From the IMG/VR virus record IMGVR_UViG_3300037524_001291: a stretch of 64,000 nt of DNA, one strand, 5' to 3'. The notes beneath the pieces were generated by a model, which saw nothing but the letters and a program-made list of their open reading frames with translations, made no database searches and had not been told where the DNA came from. Source of the stretch: a virus. Taxonomy: Duplodnaviria; Heunggongvirae; Uroviricota; Caudoviricetes. A program made the position numbers and the translations under genes. Positions 28,639 through 38,024 of the stretch are shown piece after piece (position 1 is the stretch's first letter; every line of letters starts with the position of its first letter).

Positions 28639-29928
28639 TCATCCATTTTTAAAGATATTTTCTATTCTCATTTTACCTACATCACAATAGGGTTCTTCTT
28701 TTGTATTAAGAAGTTCTATATTAACCCATTTGAGATTATATCCCTCAAGGTTTAATTCTTCTGATGCTACACCATGAGTACAACTACCAGCTGTTATATC
28801 TATAGTTAGACCGTTTTTAGGGGTTACTAATTTAATTAGCCATTTAAAAAGTTCTTTAGGTTTGAGTGTTACATGAGGATTTCTAGTACCATTAGGTAAT
28901 AATCTCTCTTTAGGGTTAACTTTGGGACAATATTTGAAGATAGGAAATATTCTTGAGCCTCCAGCATTAGTAGCAAGTTCATCATTCTTATAATCCCCAT
29001 AAATATTTGCTCCTGTATTACCACTTTTATCTCCTTTACCCCCTGATGATTTACTAATACCTGTTTGCTCATCTAATACTTTAGCCATTTCCTCATCTAG
29101 AAAAATATTTGGTGGGAATCTCCCTAAAGTATTAGCAGGTTTAGAGTAGCATTTATCATACTCTCCAAAGATAGCATCCTCTTTAAGAGAATAATTTTCA
29201 TTATCCGTTTTACTTGATTTGGCATTAATCATATCTATATCAGATTGTGAGATAGAGACTCTACAAGCATCTATATTCATAGCACCACAACCATGTTTTT
29301 CAAGATTAGTTATGTATGTTCCATCTAAAGGTTTCTGAAATATTGTAATAGTTTCATGTGAGGGTTTTAGACCACTCGTTTTGAAACCATCCCACTTCTT
29401 AGCTAAGTCTGAGAAGGGTTCTGTAATTAATCCCATATCACCCTTAAATCCCTGTGTATGTTTATACACCTCATTACCCATAGCTTTTTTTGCTTGTTCT
29501 GAAAACCCATATTTATACCTACCATCTATACGTTTACCTATAACTTCTCTTTCTACTCCAGCACTTTTATCAAACAGTTTCCCTATATCTTGATTTTTGG
29601 GAAATCCTGTCAAGTAAAGCCAGTCAATTTCTTCAACAATAGTAAAACCAGCATCCTCAAAAGCACATTTCATTCTATGGTTTGTTTTAGGGTGTCCGAA
29701 GATACATACATAACCACCTGACTTCATAACTCTATACAGTTCTACAGCTCTCGCATTACACCACTCATAAAAATTATTTTGTGTATCCCATTTTTTCCCC
29801 ATAAAATTTAGCGAATATGGGAAATCACTAATACAGCTACTAACTATATTACTAGGGAAGGTCCTTATTACAGGAAGATTATCTCCATAAATAATCTTCC
29901 CTTTAGCTGTTGTATAAATAATCTCCAT
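28639..29928 (-). CDS. DNA methyltransferase (N6-adenine/N4-cytosine, beta-class)
   Basis: The N-terminal '(I)YGDNLPVI...SCISDFPYS' is (D/S)PPY-like. The C-terminal 'IDITAGSCTHGVAS' is an FxGxG-like SAM-binding motif. The layout matches the DNA methylase N-4/N-6 family. Confidence 0.6.
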   Translation of the reverse strand: MEIIYTTAKGKIIYGDNLPVIRTFPSNIVSSCISDFPYSLNFMGKKWDTQNNFYEWCNARAVELYRVMKSGGYVCIFGHPKTNHRMKCAFEDAGFTIVEEIDWLYLTGFPKNQDIGKLFDKSAGVEREVIGKRIDGRYKYGFSEQAKKAMGNEVYKHTQGFKGDMGLITEPFSDLAKKWDGFKTSGLKPSHETITIFQKPLDGTYITNLEKHGCGAMNIDACRVSISQSDIDMINAKSSKTDNENYSLKEDAIFGEYDKCYSKPANTLGRFPPNIFLDEEMAKVLDEQTGISKSSGGKGDKSGNTGANIYGDYKNDELATNAGGSRIFPIFKYCPKVNPKERLLPNGTRNPHVTLKPKELFKWLIKLVTPKNGLTIDITAGSCTHGVASEELNLEGYNLKWVNIELLNTKEEPYCDVGKMRIENIFKNG

Positions 29929-29966
29929 TTAGAACCTCTTTAGATTTTGTCGTATTTTGTCATATT

Positions 29967-30173
29967 TTAGAGATATTTTCTATTTTGTAGAAATACTGCT
30001 TTAAGTTTGCTAACCTCATCAAGTACTTGCTCATAGTCTATTAGGGTTTCTTTATCTTTTATGAGATTTTTTATTAGAAGGTGTTTCTTTTTTCTAAGTT
30101 CATAAACTTTTTCTAATACTTGTTTATAGTCTGTACAATTTTCTGGCAATAATTTAGCCTTACAATTACTCAT
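29967..30173 (-). CDS. Hypothetical protein, 68 aa
   Basis: From the six-frame ORF track. Confidence 0.35.
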   Translation of the reverse strand: MSNCKAKLLPENCTDYKQVLEKVYELRKKKHLLIKNLIKDKETLIDYEQVLDEVSKLKAVFLQNRKYL

Positions 30174-30185
30174 TTTTCTCCCTTC

Positions 30186-30438
30186 TACTTTTTTAAAGTT
30201 AGAGGTGTATATTCCCCTAAGTATGCTCCGAAAGTATTATATTCAAAATATTCTATAGCTTCATCCTCAGTCATATCTTTTTGTAATATTTCTATACATT
30301 TATCATAATCATAGATAGCTACAGGTAGTTTTCCAAAAGAAGATGCAGTACCTATTAGGGCTTCTTCTAGTCCTGTCCATAGAATAGCTTCTGGATTTTC
30401 TTCTTAAAGTCTTTCTAAAATCTCATCATAAGTACTCA
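30186..30438 (-). pseudogene. Small gene split by an apparent frameshift
   Basis: An ATG at 30436-30438 opens 'MSTYDEILERL' and then a stop (TAA at 30404-30406). The +1 frame continues as 'EENPEAILWTGLEEALIGTASSFGKLPVAIYDYDKCIEILQKDMTEDEAIEYFEYNTFGAYLGEYTPLTLKK', which has no start codon of its own. The break lies in an A/G-rich run 'ctttaagaagaaaat'. Confidence 0.3.
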
Positions 30439-30452
30439 TAAAATGTTTCCTC

Positions 30453-30785
30453 TCATAATTTCATTTTGCTATATAATTGAGTTTTCCCATCTTCCAAGAG
30501 TTCTATATAGACACCCATTTTAGTATGGTTTATCATCTCATTACAAGTATTTAAGTAATCTATAATAGATTTATCACAATGAAACCATTCCCCACGTTTT
30601 TTAAGATGTTTAAACTTTTTATGAAGTTCTTTTTCAAGTTTAAGGTCACCTGAGATAAAACCTAAGAGTTTGATACTCTCAGGTATTGAGGTTTGTAGAG
30701 TATGTATCCTACTTTTAATGTTAGTGGAGAAGCCTATCTTAATATCTCCAGTTTTAATTACCTGTATAAAATACACAAATCCCAT
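30453..30785 (-). CDS. T5orf172 / GIY-YIG-like domain protein
   Basis: The sequence reads 'GFVYFIQVIKTGDIKIGFSTNIKSRIHTLQTS' followed by 'KRGEWFH'. Confidence 0.45.
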   Translation of the reverse strand: MGFVYFIQVIKTGDIKIGFSTNIKSRIHTLQTSIPESIKLLGFISGDLKLEKELHKKFKHLKKRGEWFHCDKSIIDYLNTCNEMINHTKMGVYIELLEDGKTQLYSKMKL

Positions 30786-30819
30786 GAATACACCTCTTAG
30801 GGTATCCTTTTCTCAATAG

Positions 30820-31227
30820 TTATTTTCTCAAAGAAATATTTCCATTCTCATCATATAGTGAGTTCTTAACTTCTCTTCTTATCTTATCTCTAGTTAATAA
30901 AAAGGTTGAGATTTCTTCTACATATCTCATTTGTACAAGATACTCCTCAACCTTTTTAGTAAGTTTATCTGAATAAGCTTTTAGAAGGCTCATATGAATT
31001 TCTTTATAAGTAAAGCTAATACAGTATAAAGGTAGATAGTAAATAATATCATAATACTCAATTCTTTCTTTGTAAACAGAAGACCTTTTAACTACTAAAC
31101 CAATATCCCCATTATTCTCTTCTTTAGAGATATTTTCAATTTCTATTTTAGGTTTTCTTGTATAGAGTAAAACATACAGTGATACTACCATTATAACAGC
31201 TAGAACTTCTATTACAAATATTATCAT
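30820..31227 (-). CDS. Small membrane protein
   Basis: The N-terminal TM helix is 'MIIFVIEVLAVIMVVSLYVLLY'. Confidence 0.4.
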   Translation of the reverse strand: MIIFVIEVLAVIMVVSLYVLLYTRKPKIEIENISKEENNGDIGLVVKRSSVYKERIEYYDIIYYLPLYCISFTYKEIHMSLLKAYSDKLTKKVEEYLVQMRYVEEISTFLLTRDKIRREVKNSLYDENGNISLRK

Positions 31228-31256
31228 AGGAGCCTTCTCCTTTTTAAATTATAATT

Positions 31257-31541
31257 CTACAGACACACTCCACAACCTTTACAATCTGGCAAGACATCAT
31301 AAATTGTATGATAGGAAATATCATAAGCTGATGTAGTATTTAATAACTCATTATTACAATCCCAACCCACCAATTTACTCATTTCCTTTTTTAAAGACTT
31401 TTTCCCACCAAACCCATACCAAACCCTATTTGCACAAGAGTTCTTATTTTTATCACAGTCCTCATTAAAACTTTTTGCCTTAATATACAATTCTTCCAAT
31501 TTTGGCTCAATTTTTATAATATCTTCCCATGTTAATGTCAT
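31257..31541 (-). CDS. Hypothetical Cys-rich protein, 94 aa
   Basis: Contains 'CKGCGVCL' and 'CDKNKNSCANRVW'. Confidence 0.4.
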   Translation of the reverse strand: MTLTWEDIIKIEPKLEELYIKAKSFNEDCDKNKNSCANRVWYGFGGKKSLKKEMSKLVGWDCNNELLNTTSAYDISYHTIYDVLPDCKGCGVCL

Positions 31542-31556
31542 TTTTCCATCTCCTTT

Positions 31557-32426
31557 TTATTTTGTTGGTGTTGGTAATTGTAATAGTACATTACTATTTC
31601 CAGATACCTGTGGAACTTTTCCATCCCATTTCTGAGCTATTGTATAATCAATCAGTTCTCTAGTTAGGGATTGTTTTGTAACTTCATTAGCTTTAGCATT
31701 TCCTTGAGCTATGATAAGAGCAGAATCAGCAATACCCATAGCTTCTTGTCTTTTTCTTTCAGCTTCAATTTTAGCTGTTTCCATCTCAGTCTTTTTTTGT
31801 GCTTGTATTTGTTGAGCATTTACTTTAGCTTGTATAGCTTTTTTAGAAGATTCATCGGGTCTAATTTCACCAAAAGAAAAACTCTCTAATATAAATCCAT
31901 CTTTAGCTAAATCTGCTTTCAACATATCAAATATTTTAGATTGTATTTCAGCTCTTTTATCTCCAAAAACATCAAGCATACCATACTGAGAGGTATTAAT
32001 CTGTACTATTGATTTTAATTGAGTTTTAATATACCCAGATTCAATATTTTCTATTTCCATACCACGAAACTTAGTATATACATGAGGTAGTTTATCTACA
32101 CTAACATGATAAGAATACATTACATCCAAATTAACAGGCATACCTTCTTTAGTAGCACTATTGAAAGAATCATCTTGTTTGCTTCCTTCTTGAACACTTT
32201 TAGTAAGGTAGACTGTTTCAGTTGAGATAGGGTACTCTGTTACAGATTTCCACCATGCTACAAAATGCCATCCCTGTGCTAGGGTTGTGTCTTCAATACC
32301 ACCACTTCTATTATATACTACACCAGCAAATCCTGGCTTTACTGATGTAACACTACCTATAAGAATTATAAAAAACACTACTCCTGTAATTATAATCCCT
32401 GTTATCCATTTTACTGAACTATCCAT
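31557..32426 (-). CDS. SPFH/band-7 (HflC/prohibitin-like) membrane protein
   Basis: The N-terminal TM helix is 'WITGIIITGVVFFIILIG'. The SPFH core follows ('VKPGFAGVVYNRSGG...QGWHFVAWW'). A C-terminal coiled coil reads 'AQKKTEMETAKIEAERKRQEA'. Confidence 0.55.
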   Translation of the reverse strand: MDSSVKWITGIIITGVVFFIILIGSVTSVKPGFAGVVYNRSGGIEDTTLAQGWHFVAWWKSVTEYPISTETVYLTKSVQEGSKQDDSFNSATKEGMPVNLDVMYSYHVSVDKLPHVYTKFRGMEIENIESGYIKTQLKSIVQINTSQYGMLDVFGDKRAEIQSKIFDMLKADLAKDGFILESFSFGEIRPDESSKKAIQAKVNAQQIQAQKKTEMETAKIEAERKRQEAMGIADSALIIAQGNAKANEVTKQSLTRELIDYTIAQKWDGKVPQVSGNSNVLLQLPTPTK

Positions 32427-32491
32427 AAATTTCTCTCCTTTTTAAGTATGAGAGTAGTGGTTAGCTACTCTCACACTTAGATTATTTTATA

Positions 32492-33487
32492 TTATTTTGT
32501 ATTTTTTGTATCTTTGTTTGTAGCAACATCTTTTAGGGTGTTTATCATATTTCCTTGTACAGCACCATTTACAGCATTAGAAGCTACCTCTTTAACATTA
32601 TTATAAGCTTCATCTAGTCTGTTAGAGAGTTCTTTTATTGTTATATTATTTCTCTCTACAGTATCGGTAAGCATTTTTATAGTAGATTCTTTGACTAAGA
32701 GTTTATTCTCATAGTCTGAATTTATTAAGGCTATTGCATGTTCATGGTCTTTTTTAGCTGAGTTTCCTTTAATAATCTCATCTCTATATTTATCTTTGTA
32801 GGATTGTAACTCACTTATAGTATTTTCTAGATCCTCTATTTTTTCTTCTCTTTTCTGTATATCTTCTTCTCTTTTATTGAGTTGCTCTCTTTCTTTTTCT
32901 ACCTCATCTCTCTCATCATCTAATTCTTCATCATGTTGTTTTCTTCTTTCAGATAAGATATCAGTTAACTTATCTTCCTCAATCTTTTTCTTTCGAGTAA
33001 AGTCATAGATATACTGTTCTTGCTCTCGTTTTCTTTTCTCTACTAATTCTTTAGATTCTGTCTCAAATTTAGTAGAGAGTTCTTTAATTTTATTTTCCCA
33101 TAACTCTACTTGACTCTTCTTTTCTTCATCTACAAGCTGTATAGCTTCTTTTTTTGCTTCAAGAAGAGCTAATAGGGTATTTGCTTCTTTTTTAATATTA
33201 TAATAGTCTTCTAATTCTTCTCTAGCAAGTTTTATAGCATCTTGAAGACTGTAATAATCTGAGGTAGCTGTTCTAAAATCTGATACAGCCTTATTAAACA
33301 TCACCTCAATAGATGTTACAGGCTCACTTACAATTTTCTCTGCTCTTTCCTTTACTTCCATAGTAGTAGTGTTTTTTATAATGTCTTCTGGAGAGCTATT
33401 ACCACTAATAGCTTGTTCATACTTACGAGTTAGTTCAGCGATACCTTCTAGCAATTCTTTTTTTGTGTTCTTGTCTGATAAAACCAT
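32492..33487 (-). CDS. Highly charged coiled-coil protein
   Basis: E/K/R-rich heptads run throughout the 331 aa. Confidence 0.45.
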   Translation of the reverse strand: MVLSDKNTKKELLEGIAELTRKYEQAISGNSSPEDIIKNTTTMEVKERAEKIVSEPVTSIEVMFNKAVSDFRTATSDYYSLQDAIKLAREELEDYYNIKKEANTLLALLEAKKEAIQLVDEEKKSQVELWENKIKELSTKFETESKELVEKRKREQEQYIYDFTRKKKIEEDKLTDILSERRKQHDEELDDERDEVEKEREQLNKREEDIQKREEKIEDLENTISELQSYKDKYRDEIIKGNSAKKDHEHAIALINSDYENKLLVKESTIKMLTDTVERNNITIKELSNRLDEAYNNVKEVASNAVNGAVQGNMINTLKDVATNKDTKNTK

Positions 33488-33511
33488 GACCCATCCTCCT
33501 AATAAAATTTT

Positions 33512-33853
33512 TTATATTTCTTTTATGTTATCCTCTCCAAATAAAGAGGTTTCCATTGTATCTAGGCGTTCTAGTTTATCTATAGTTTCTAATCTTTCTA
33601 ATATTTGCTGTTCAAGGTCTTTAGAGAGGAAATCACCTATATCAACACCAAAATAATCTACTAAAGCTATAATGGTTTTCAGATTAGGGTATAAGGGTAT
33701 TTCTCTAGTCAGGTCATTTTCTAAGCGATAGAGAGTGTCCTTAGAAATTTTAATATCTGATGACATTTCTTCTAGGGATTTCTTTTTGACTTTTTTTCTA
33801 AGGTATGTTGTATTTTTACGTATGTTGGATAATATTTTTACTCCTGTAATCAC
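33512..33853 (-). CDS. XRE-family helix-turn-helix transcriptional regulator
   Basis: The HTH is 'LEEMSSDIKISKDTLYRLENDLTREIPLYPNLKTIIALVDYFGVDIGDF'. Confidence 0.55.
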   Translation of the reverse strand: MITGVKILSNIRKNTTYLRKKVKKKSLEEMSSDIKISKDTLYRLENDLTREIPLYPNLKTIIALVDYFGVDIGDFLSKDLEQQILERLETIDKLERLDTMETSLFGEDNIKEI

Positions 33854-34455
33854 TTTTCATCACTCTCCAATAATTTCTTATAAATATCATACTGAAAATC
33901 AGATAATTTACCAGTTTTATAGTCCCTATCAAAGCAATTTTTCAACTCTTCTATATAGTTCTCTGTTAATTCTAATCTTTTTCTAGCTACCCACCCACTT
34001 ATCTCAGGATGCTTCTCTAAAAAAGAAGATACTTCATTAGGGCACAGATGAAAATATATACCTGATATGTTATTTGTTTTTCTATCCATAGCATAGTTTG
34101 ATAGGGTTCTTGTTATGACAAGAACTCCTCTATACTGTATATTTCTAGCATCTATAAAACTTAGTATAGCACTTAATAAATAATACCCACTACCTGAGTC
34201 CAATTCTTGAGTAAAGAAGTCTTTCTTTTTAAGTAATGTTTCAATATTTACAAGTCTTTCTATAAAGTTATCCCCAATATCCACAAAGATGTCCACACAT
34301 TCAGCACAACCACCCATATCTTCTGTATCAAACTTATTCTCTGGTATTTTTATATTTGATAATCCCTCTTTAGTAATATTGAAAATATAGGCTTTATCAA
34401 AAGTTTCTTTTATTTGCTCTTTAGTTAGATCATTAAATTGTATAGAATCAATCAT
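33850..34455 (-). CDS. Hypothetical protein, 201 aa
   Basis: A variant of the promoter-like motif ('tttttcgtaac') lies immediately upstream at 34461-34510. Confidence 0.4.
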   Translation of the reverse strand: MIDSIQFNDLTKEQIKETFDKAYIFNITKEGLSNIKIPENKFDTEDMGGCAECVDIFVDIGDNFIERLVNIETLLKKKDFFTQELDSGSGYYLLSAILSFIDARNIQYRGVLVITRTLSNYAMDRKTNNISGIYFHLCPNEVSSFLEKHPEISGWVARKRLELTENYIEELKNCFDRDYKTGKLSDFQYDIYKKLLESDEK

Positions 34456-34864
34456 AAAATCACACCCGTTACGAAAAACTTATAAAACTTTATAAAAAAA
34501 TTATAAAAGTTTATGTTTTCTTCCTCGTTCATCGTGACCACTTTGGCTAATGCTACTCATGTTTGATATATCACTCCAGAGGCTTAAATTCCCGAGTAAC
34601 TCTCGGTACATTCTAATACTAATCGTTTAAGTGCTTAGTATTAGTCACGGTTCTCTCCCTTCTTTTTTATTTATCAAATTTTTTACCTTTTTGCTATAGT
34701 CAATCGCCATTGGGACAACCCTTTTAAGTCTTGTCACTTCTACCACAACTTTCGTCTGGTTTGGACTTTATAATTGATGGGCTACAGTCTTTTCGCACCT
34801 AAAGGTAATAAGGTTTTGTAACTTTTTACAAACTTTTATTAACAGTTGTTCTCCTCTTTTAGTA
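34456..34864 (-). other. ORF-poor, hairpin-rich 400-nt region downstream of the DNA polymerase gene. Candidate structured RNA or cis element.
   Basis: Only peptides of 36 aa or fewer are encoded. GC is locally elevated. Hairpins include 'cccgagtaactctcgg' and 'ctaatacta..tagtattag'. I detected no tRNA-like T-loop or D-loop. Confidence 0.3.
34461..34510 (-). promoter_or_regulatory. Promoter-like motif instance 7 (variant): 'TTTATAAAGTTTTATAAGTTTTTCGTAACGGG'
   Basis: Immediately upstream of gene 33850-34455. It shares the 'tttataaag' palindrome with instance 1. Confidence 0.35.
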
Positions 34865-37054
34865 TTAAGATTCTTTTGGTACATATTGTTGTTTATAATC
34901 ATCCCATTCAAAAGAGAAAAGACCTCCCCAAGTCCACCCAAATGACACCTCAACAGTTAGGGGTACTTCCCACTCTACAATTTCAAAGGTCATACTTTTC
35001 TCTAGTTCTCTAGCTATCTCAGTAAGTCTTTCTTTTTTAATACCAAAATTTATTTCATCATGTACAGTACTTCTAAACTTAACATCATCCCTATAATCAG
35101 GATGATTAAGAACTAATCTCCATAATTTACACAAAACCATCTTCAAAACGTCTCCAGCACTACCTTGTACAGGATTATTGAGTATAGTTCTTTTTCCAAA
35201 ACCTATTTGTCGATTATCAAAATAGTATTTAACTCTTCTAGGTCTTCCGAAGAAGGAGTAGACAATACCCTTTTGTCTACAAGTTCTAATAAGTCTTTCT
35301 TGATAGGAGAATAGTGAAGGTAGTCCTTTTTTATAAGAGGCAAAGAAATCATCAGCTTCAGCTAATGTCATACCCTCAGGTTTTTCTTTAGTTTTACCAT
35401 CACCAACAAAAGATTGTGCTTCAGCTCCATAGATTACGCTGAAGTTAACTCCTTTTGCTAGCTTTCTTTTTTCCTTATCATAGTTATCTTCTCCCCACAC
35501 TTTTTGAGCTGTTGATTTATGGATATCCTCACCATTTTTAAAAGCATTAACCCAAACGGATTCATGGGAGAAATTTGCTACTATTCGAAGTTCTTGAGAA
35601 GCAAAGTCAATAGAACAAAAAACTATGTCATTTTCCTCTTGTTCAGGTTCAAATTTAGGTAAGAAAGAGGCTCTTACATTATAATCTTGATCCATTCCCT
35701 CTGAAAGAAACATATAATTTTCTGGATAAAGTTCTTTTCCACTTACCATATGTGTTTTATCATTATCCAAATATTTTACAGGAATGAATTGATATCCTAA
35801 GATAATATTGTCTTTTTTATTAAATAGGGTTCTATCTCCCAAATCTAATACATAATAGAATCTAGGGTGAGGTTTTGGTATACTTTGAGTATTTATCTCA
35901 CTGAAGAAAGTATTTTTACTATCCTTACCTGATGCTAATCTACCTGTGGGAACTGTTTGTGTTTTATAGCTACTTCTTATATATCCTTTCTCTCTATAGC
36001 ATTTTTGTAATACTTTAACGTAAGAGGAAGTAAATTTAAACATAGATTTATACTTTATAAACTTAGCTAAAGCAGGATGTTGATTTTTAACATCTTCTGG
36101 TAGGGCTTCAAGATCATCTATACCAGTTTTCATATATCCTGTTTTAGTAGTACTTTTTGTGTCTATCCCAAGTCTAGAGAAAGCTTGAGAAACCTGAGCG
36201 GGACTATTTAGGTTGAAGTGATACCCTACTTCATCATAAATTTCCTTTTCAAGTTGCTCTATAGTTGATGTACACTGAACTTCTAAATTATTTAGAAGTT
36301 TTCCATCAATATAGACTTTCTCATTCTCACAATGAAGTAAAGGATATAATACAGCCATATCTAACTTATTAATCTGAGGAGCTTCCTGATAGAACTTATA
36401 GGTAGCTCCTACAAGTAGATAAGAACATAGAGCATCAGAAGCAGCATAGAAAAAACAATCTTTAGGGTCTATATAATAGAAATTCTCTACTCCATCACTA
36501 ACCTCAGCATATGTCTGCATCTTATAACCTAAGAAGCGAAGTGCACTCTCTTTTAATGAAGGCATACGAACATTTGTATCAGAGAGCCAGCAAGGTACAG
36601 ACACATCATAAATTCTTATTTTGGACATATCATACCTAACATATAGAAATCTACCCATATTGGGTGTATAACCATAATACTCCATCATTCTAATATCGAA
36701 TCTAGCATTAAACATAATGACTCTTTTAGAAGCACAAAGCATTGTATAGATAAAATCCATTGCCTCATCTCCAAGGTTATATGTATCAATGCAATGGTCA
36801 ACAGCTACATAATAAGCATGTTGACCATCAAGGCAATAAGAGAACCCTACAATTTTTCCATTCTCAGGGTCAAGACTAGAAGTTTCTGTATCAAAAGCCA
36901 TAGCTCTTGATCCATCTAAGTATCCTTTAAAGCTTTCTTTAAATTGTTCCATATTCTCTATTAAGTAAAAATTAAATCCTTTTTCCCACTCAGGAACAAC
37001 TCTAACAGGTGGAGAATAATGTATATAAGTTTTTTTATCTTCATATTTACCCAA
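34865..37054 (-). CDS. Family A DNA polymerase with a 3'-5' exonuclease domain
   Basis: Exo I is 'MAFDTETSSL'. Pol motif A is 'DFASQELRIVA'. Motif B-like is 'RKLAKGVNFSVIYG'. Motif C is 'VHDEINF'. No 5'-3' exonuclease domain is present. Confidence 0.85.
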   Translation of the reverse strand: MGKYEDKKTYIHYSPPVRVVPEWEKGFNFYLIENMEQFKESFKGYLDGSRAMAFDTETSSLDPENGKIVGFSYCLDGQHAYYVAVDHCIDTYNLGDEAMDFIYTMLCASKRVIMFNARFDIRMMEYYGYTPNMGRFLYVRYDMSKIRIYDVSVPCWLSDTNVRMPSLKESALRFLGYKMQTYAEVSDGVENFYYIDPKDCFFYAASDALCSYLLVGATYKFYQEAPQINKLDMAVLYPLLHCENEKVYIDGKLLNNLEVQCTSTIEQLEKEIYDEVGYHFNLNSPAQVSQAFSRLGIDTKSTTKTGYMKTGIDDLEALPEDVKNQHPALAKFIKYKSMFKFTSSYVKVLQKCYREKGYIRSSYKTQTVPTGRLASGKDSKNTFFSEINTQSIPKPHPRFYYVLDLGDRTLFNKKDNIILGYQFIPVKYLDNDKTHMVSGKELYPENYMFLSEGMDQDYNVRASFLPKFEPEQEENDIVFCSIDFASQELRIVANFSHESVWVNAFKNGEDIHKSTAQKVWGEDNYDKEKRKLAKGVNFSVIYGAEAQSFVGDGKTKEKPEGMTLAEADDFFASYKKGLPSLFSYQERLIRTCRQKGIVYSFFGRPRRVKYYFDNRQIGFGKRTILNNPVQGSAGDVLKMVLCKLWRLVLNHPDYRDDVKFRSTVHDEINFGIKKERLTEIARELEKSMTFEIVEWEVPLTVEVSFGWTWGGLFSFEWDDYKQQYVPKES

Positions 37055-37069
37055 AAAAATCTCCTCCTA

Positions 37070-37119
37070 AAAAGTATATACTTAAAAGTACGTAAAAAAA
37101 GGATAAAAAGTATCTTTAT
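37070..37119 (-). promoter_or_regulatory. Promoter-like motif instance 5: 'TTTTTTTACGTACTTTTAAGTATATACTT'
   Basis: Upstream of the DNA polymerase gene (start 37054). Confidence 0.45.
37097..37119 (-). terminator. Terminator hairpin between gene 37147-37512 and the polA start. It overlaps the promoter-like motif.
   Basis: 'ggataaa aagtatc tttatcc' on the plus strand. On the minus strand the hairpin is followed by 'tttttttacgta'. Confidence 0.45.
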
Positions 37120-37146
37120 CCCGAGAATGTAGAATATATAGAATTT

Positions 37147-37512
37147 TTAGTTTTTAAGAGAATATTTCAGTCTTACACCATAATTACCATGTAAAGAACT
37201 TCCAACAACAATAAGACTTTTAATTTCTATAATGTAATCTGTATTATCTATAATATCTGCTAATATAGTAGCCAAATCTCTAGGAATATAACCTATAAAA
37301 TATTTTGTCTTTGACCATTCAACACCCACGATTACTTTTATAGCATTTATATCATACTGATTATTAGGCTCTCTCTCTAAAGTTACCACAATCTTACTAG
37401 GGTCTATCTCTTTTAAACTAGGTAGAAAATTAGGATCTAATCCTCTAAAAGTTATACCTGCTACCTCAGTCTCAAATACTATACCAATAATTTTTTTATA
37501 TTTATCATCCAT
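37147..37512 (-). CDS. Hypothetical protein, 121 aa
   Basis: From the six-frame ORF track. Confidence 0.4.
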   Translation of the reverse strand: MDDKYKKIIGIVFETEVAGITFRGLDPNFLPSLKEIDPSKIVVTLEREPNNQYDINAIKVIVGVEWSKTKYFIGYIPRDLATILADIIDNTDYIIEIKSLIVVGSSLHGNYGVRLKYSLKN

Positions 37513-37589
37513 ACTATATCACCCCTAAACTAGAATTACCCCACAGTTTAATTATATCATATTATACACTAAATGTCAAGATAGCGACA

Positions 37590-38024
37590 CTATATTGAAA
37601 CTCTTTTTACTATATTATTTAATATCTCATTATTTATCCAAAATAGTCTCAGTTTATTAGTTCTAAAAAATTGTAAGGGTTGTTCAAGGCAGTAATTTAA
37701 GTCTGTTAATCTTTTTTTAAGATCTTCAAAATCTCCAGAGAAAAGTAGTGAGATAGTAGTTATATTTTTTTCTGTACATATTCTATGAATCATTTCAGAG
37801 GTGAGAAGAACCCACAGTTTTCTATTTTTCAAAGGTAATACTTTATAGGGTTCTTGTATATTGTTGGGGTAGAGTATACCAAAGTTATTACTAAGGTAGA
37901 CTACCTCTTTATTATGAGTGAGGGTAAGTAGTTGTTTATTTACCTCACTTGTATATAGGTATTTTACTTTAGTGGGGTAGTCTACCTGAGAGAATTCTTC
38001 TTTGAGAATATAAAGCTTATCCAT
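37590..38024 (-). CDS. Hypothetical protein, 144 aa
   Basis: From the six-frame ORF track. Confidence 0.4.
   Translation of the reverse strand: MDKLYILKEEFSQVDYPTKVKYLYTSEVNKQLLTLTHNKEVVYLSNNFGILYPNNIQEPYKVLPLKNRKLWVLLTSEMIHRICTEKNITTISLLFSGDFEDLKKRLTDLNYCLEQPLQFFRTNKLRLFWINNEILNNIVKRVSI

Noticed and set aside
34456-34864. tRNA or tmRNA gene in the GC-richer non-coding gap
   Set aside because: I found no GTTC(R)A T-loop with a flanking stem, no D-loop 'TAGC..GG' pattern, and no CCA-adjacent acceptor pairing on either strand. It is kept only as an unclassified structured-RNA candidate.
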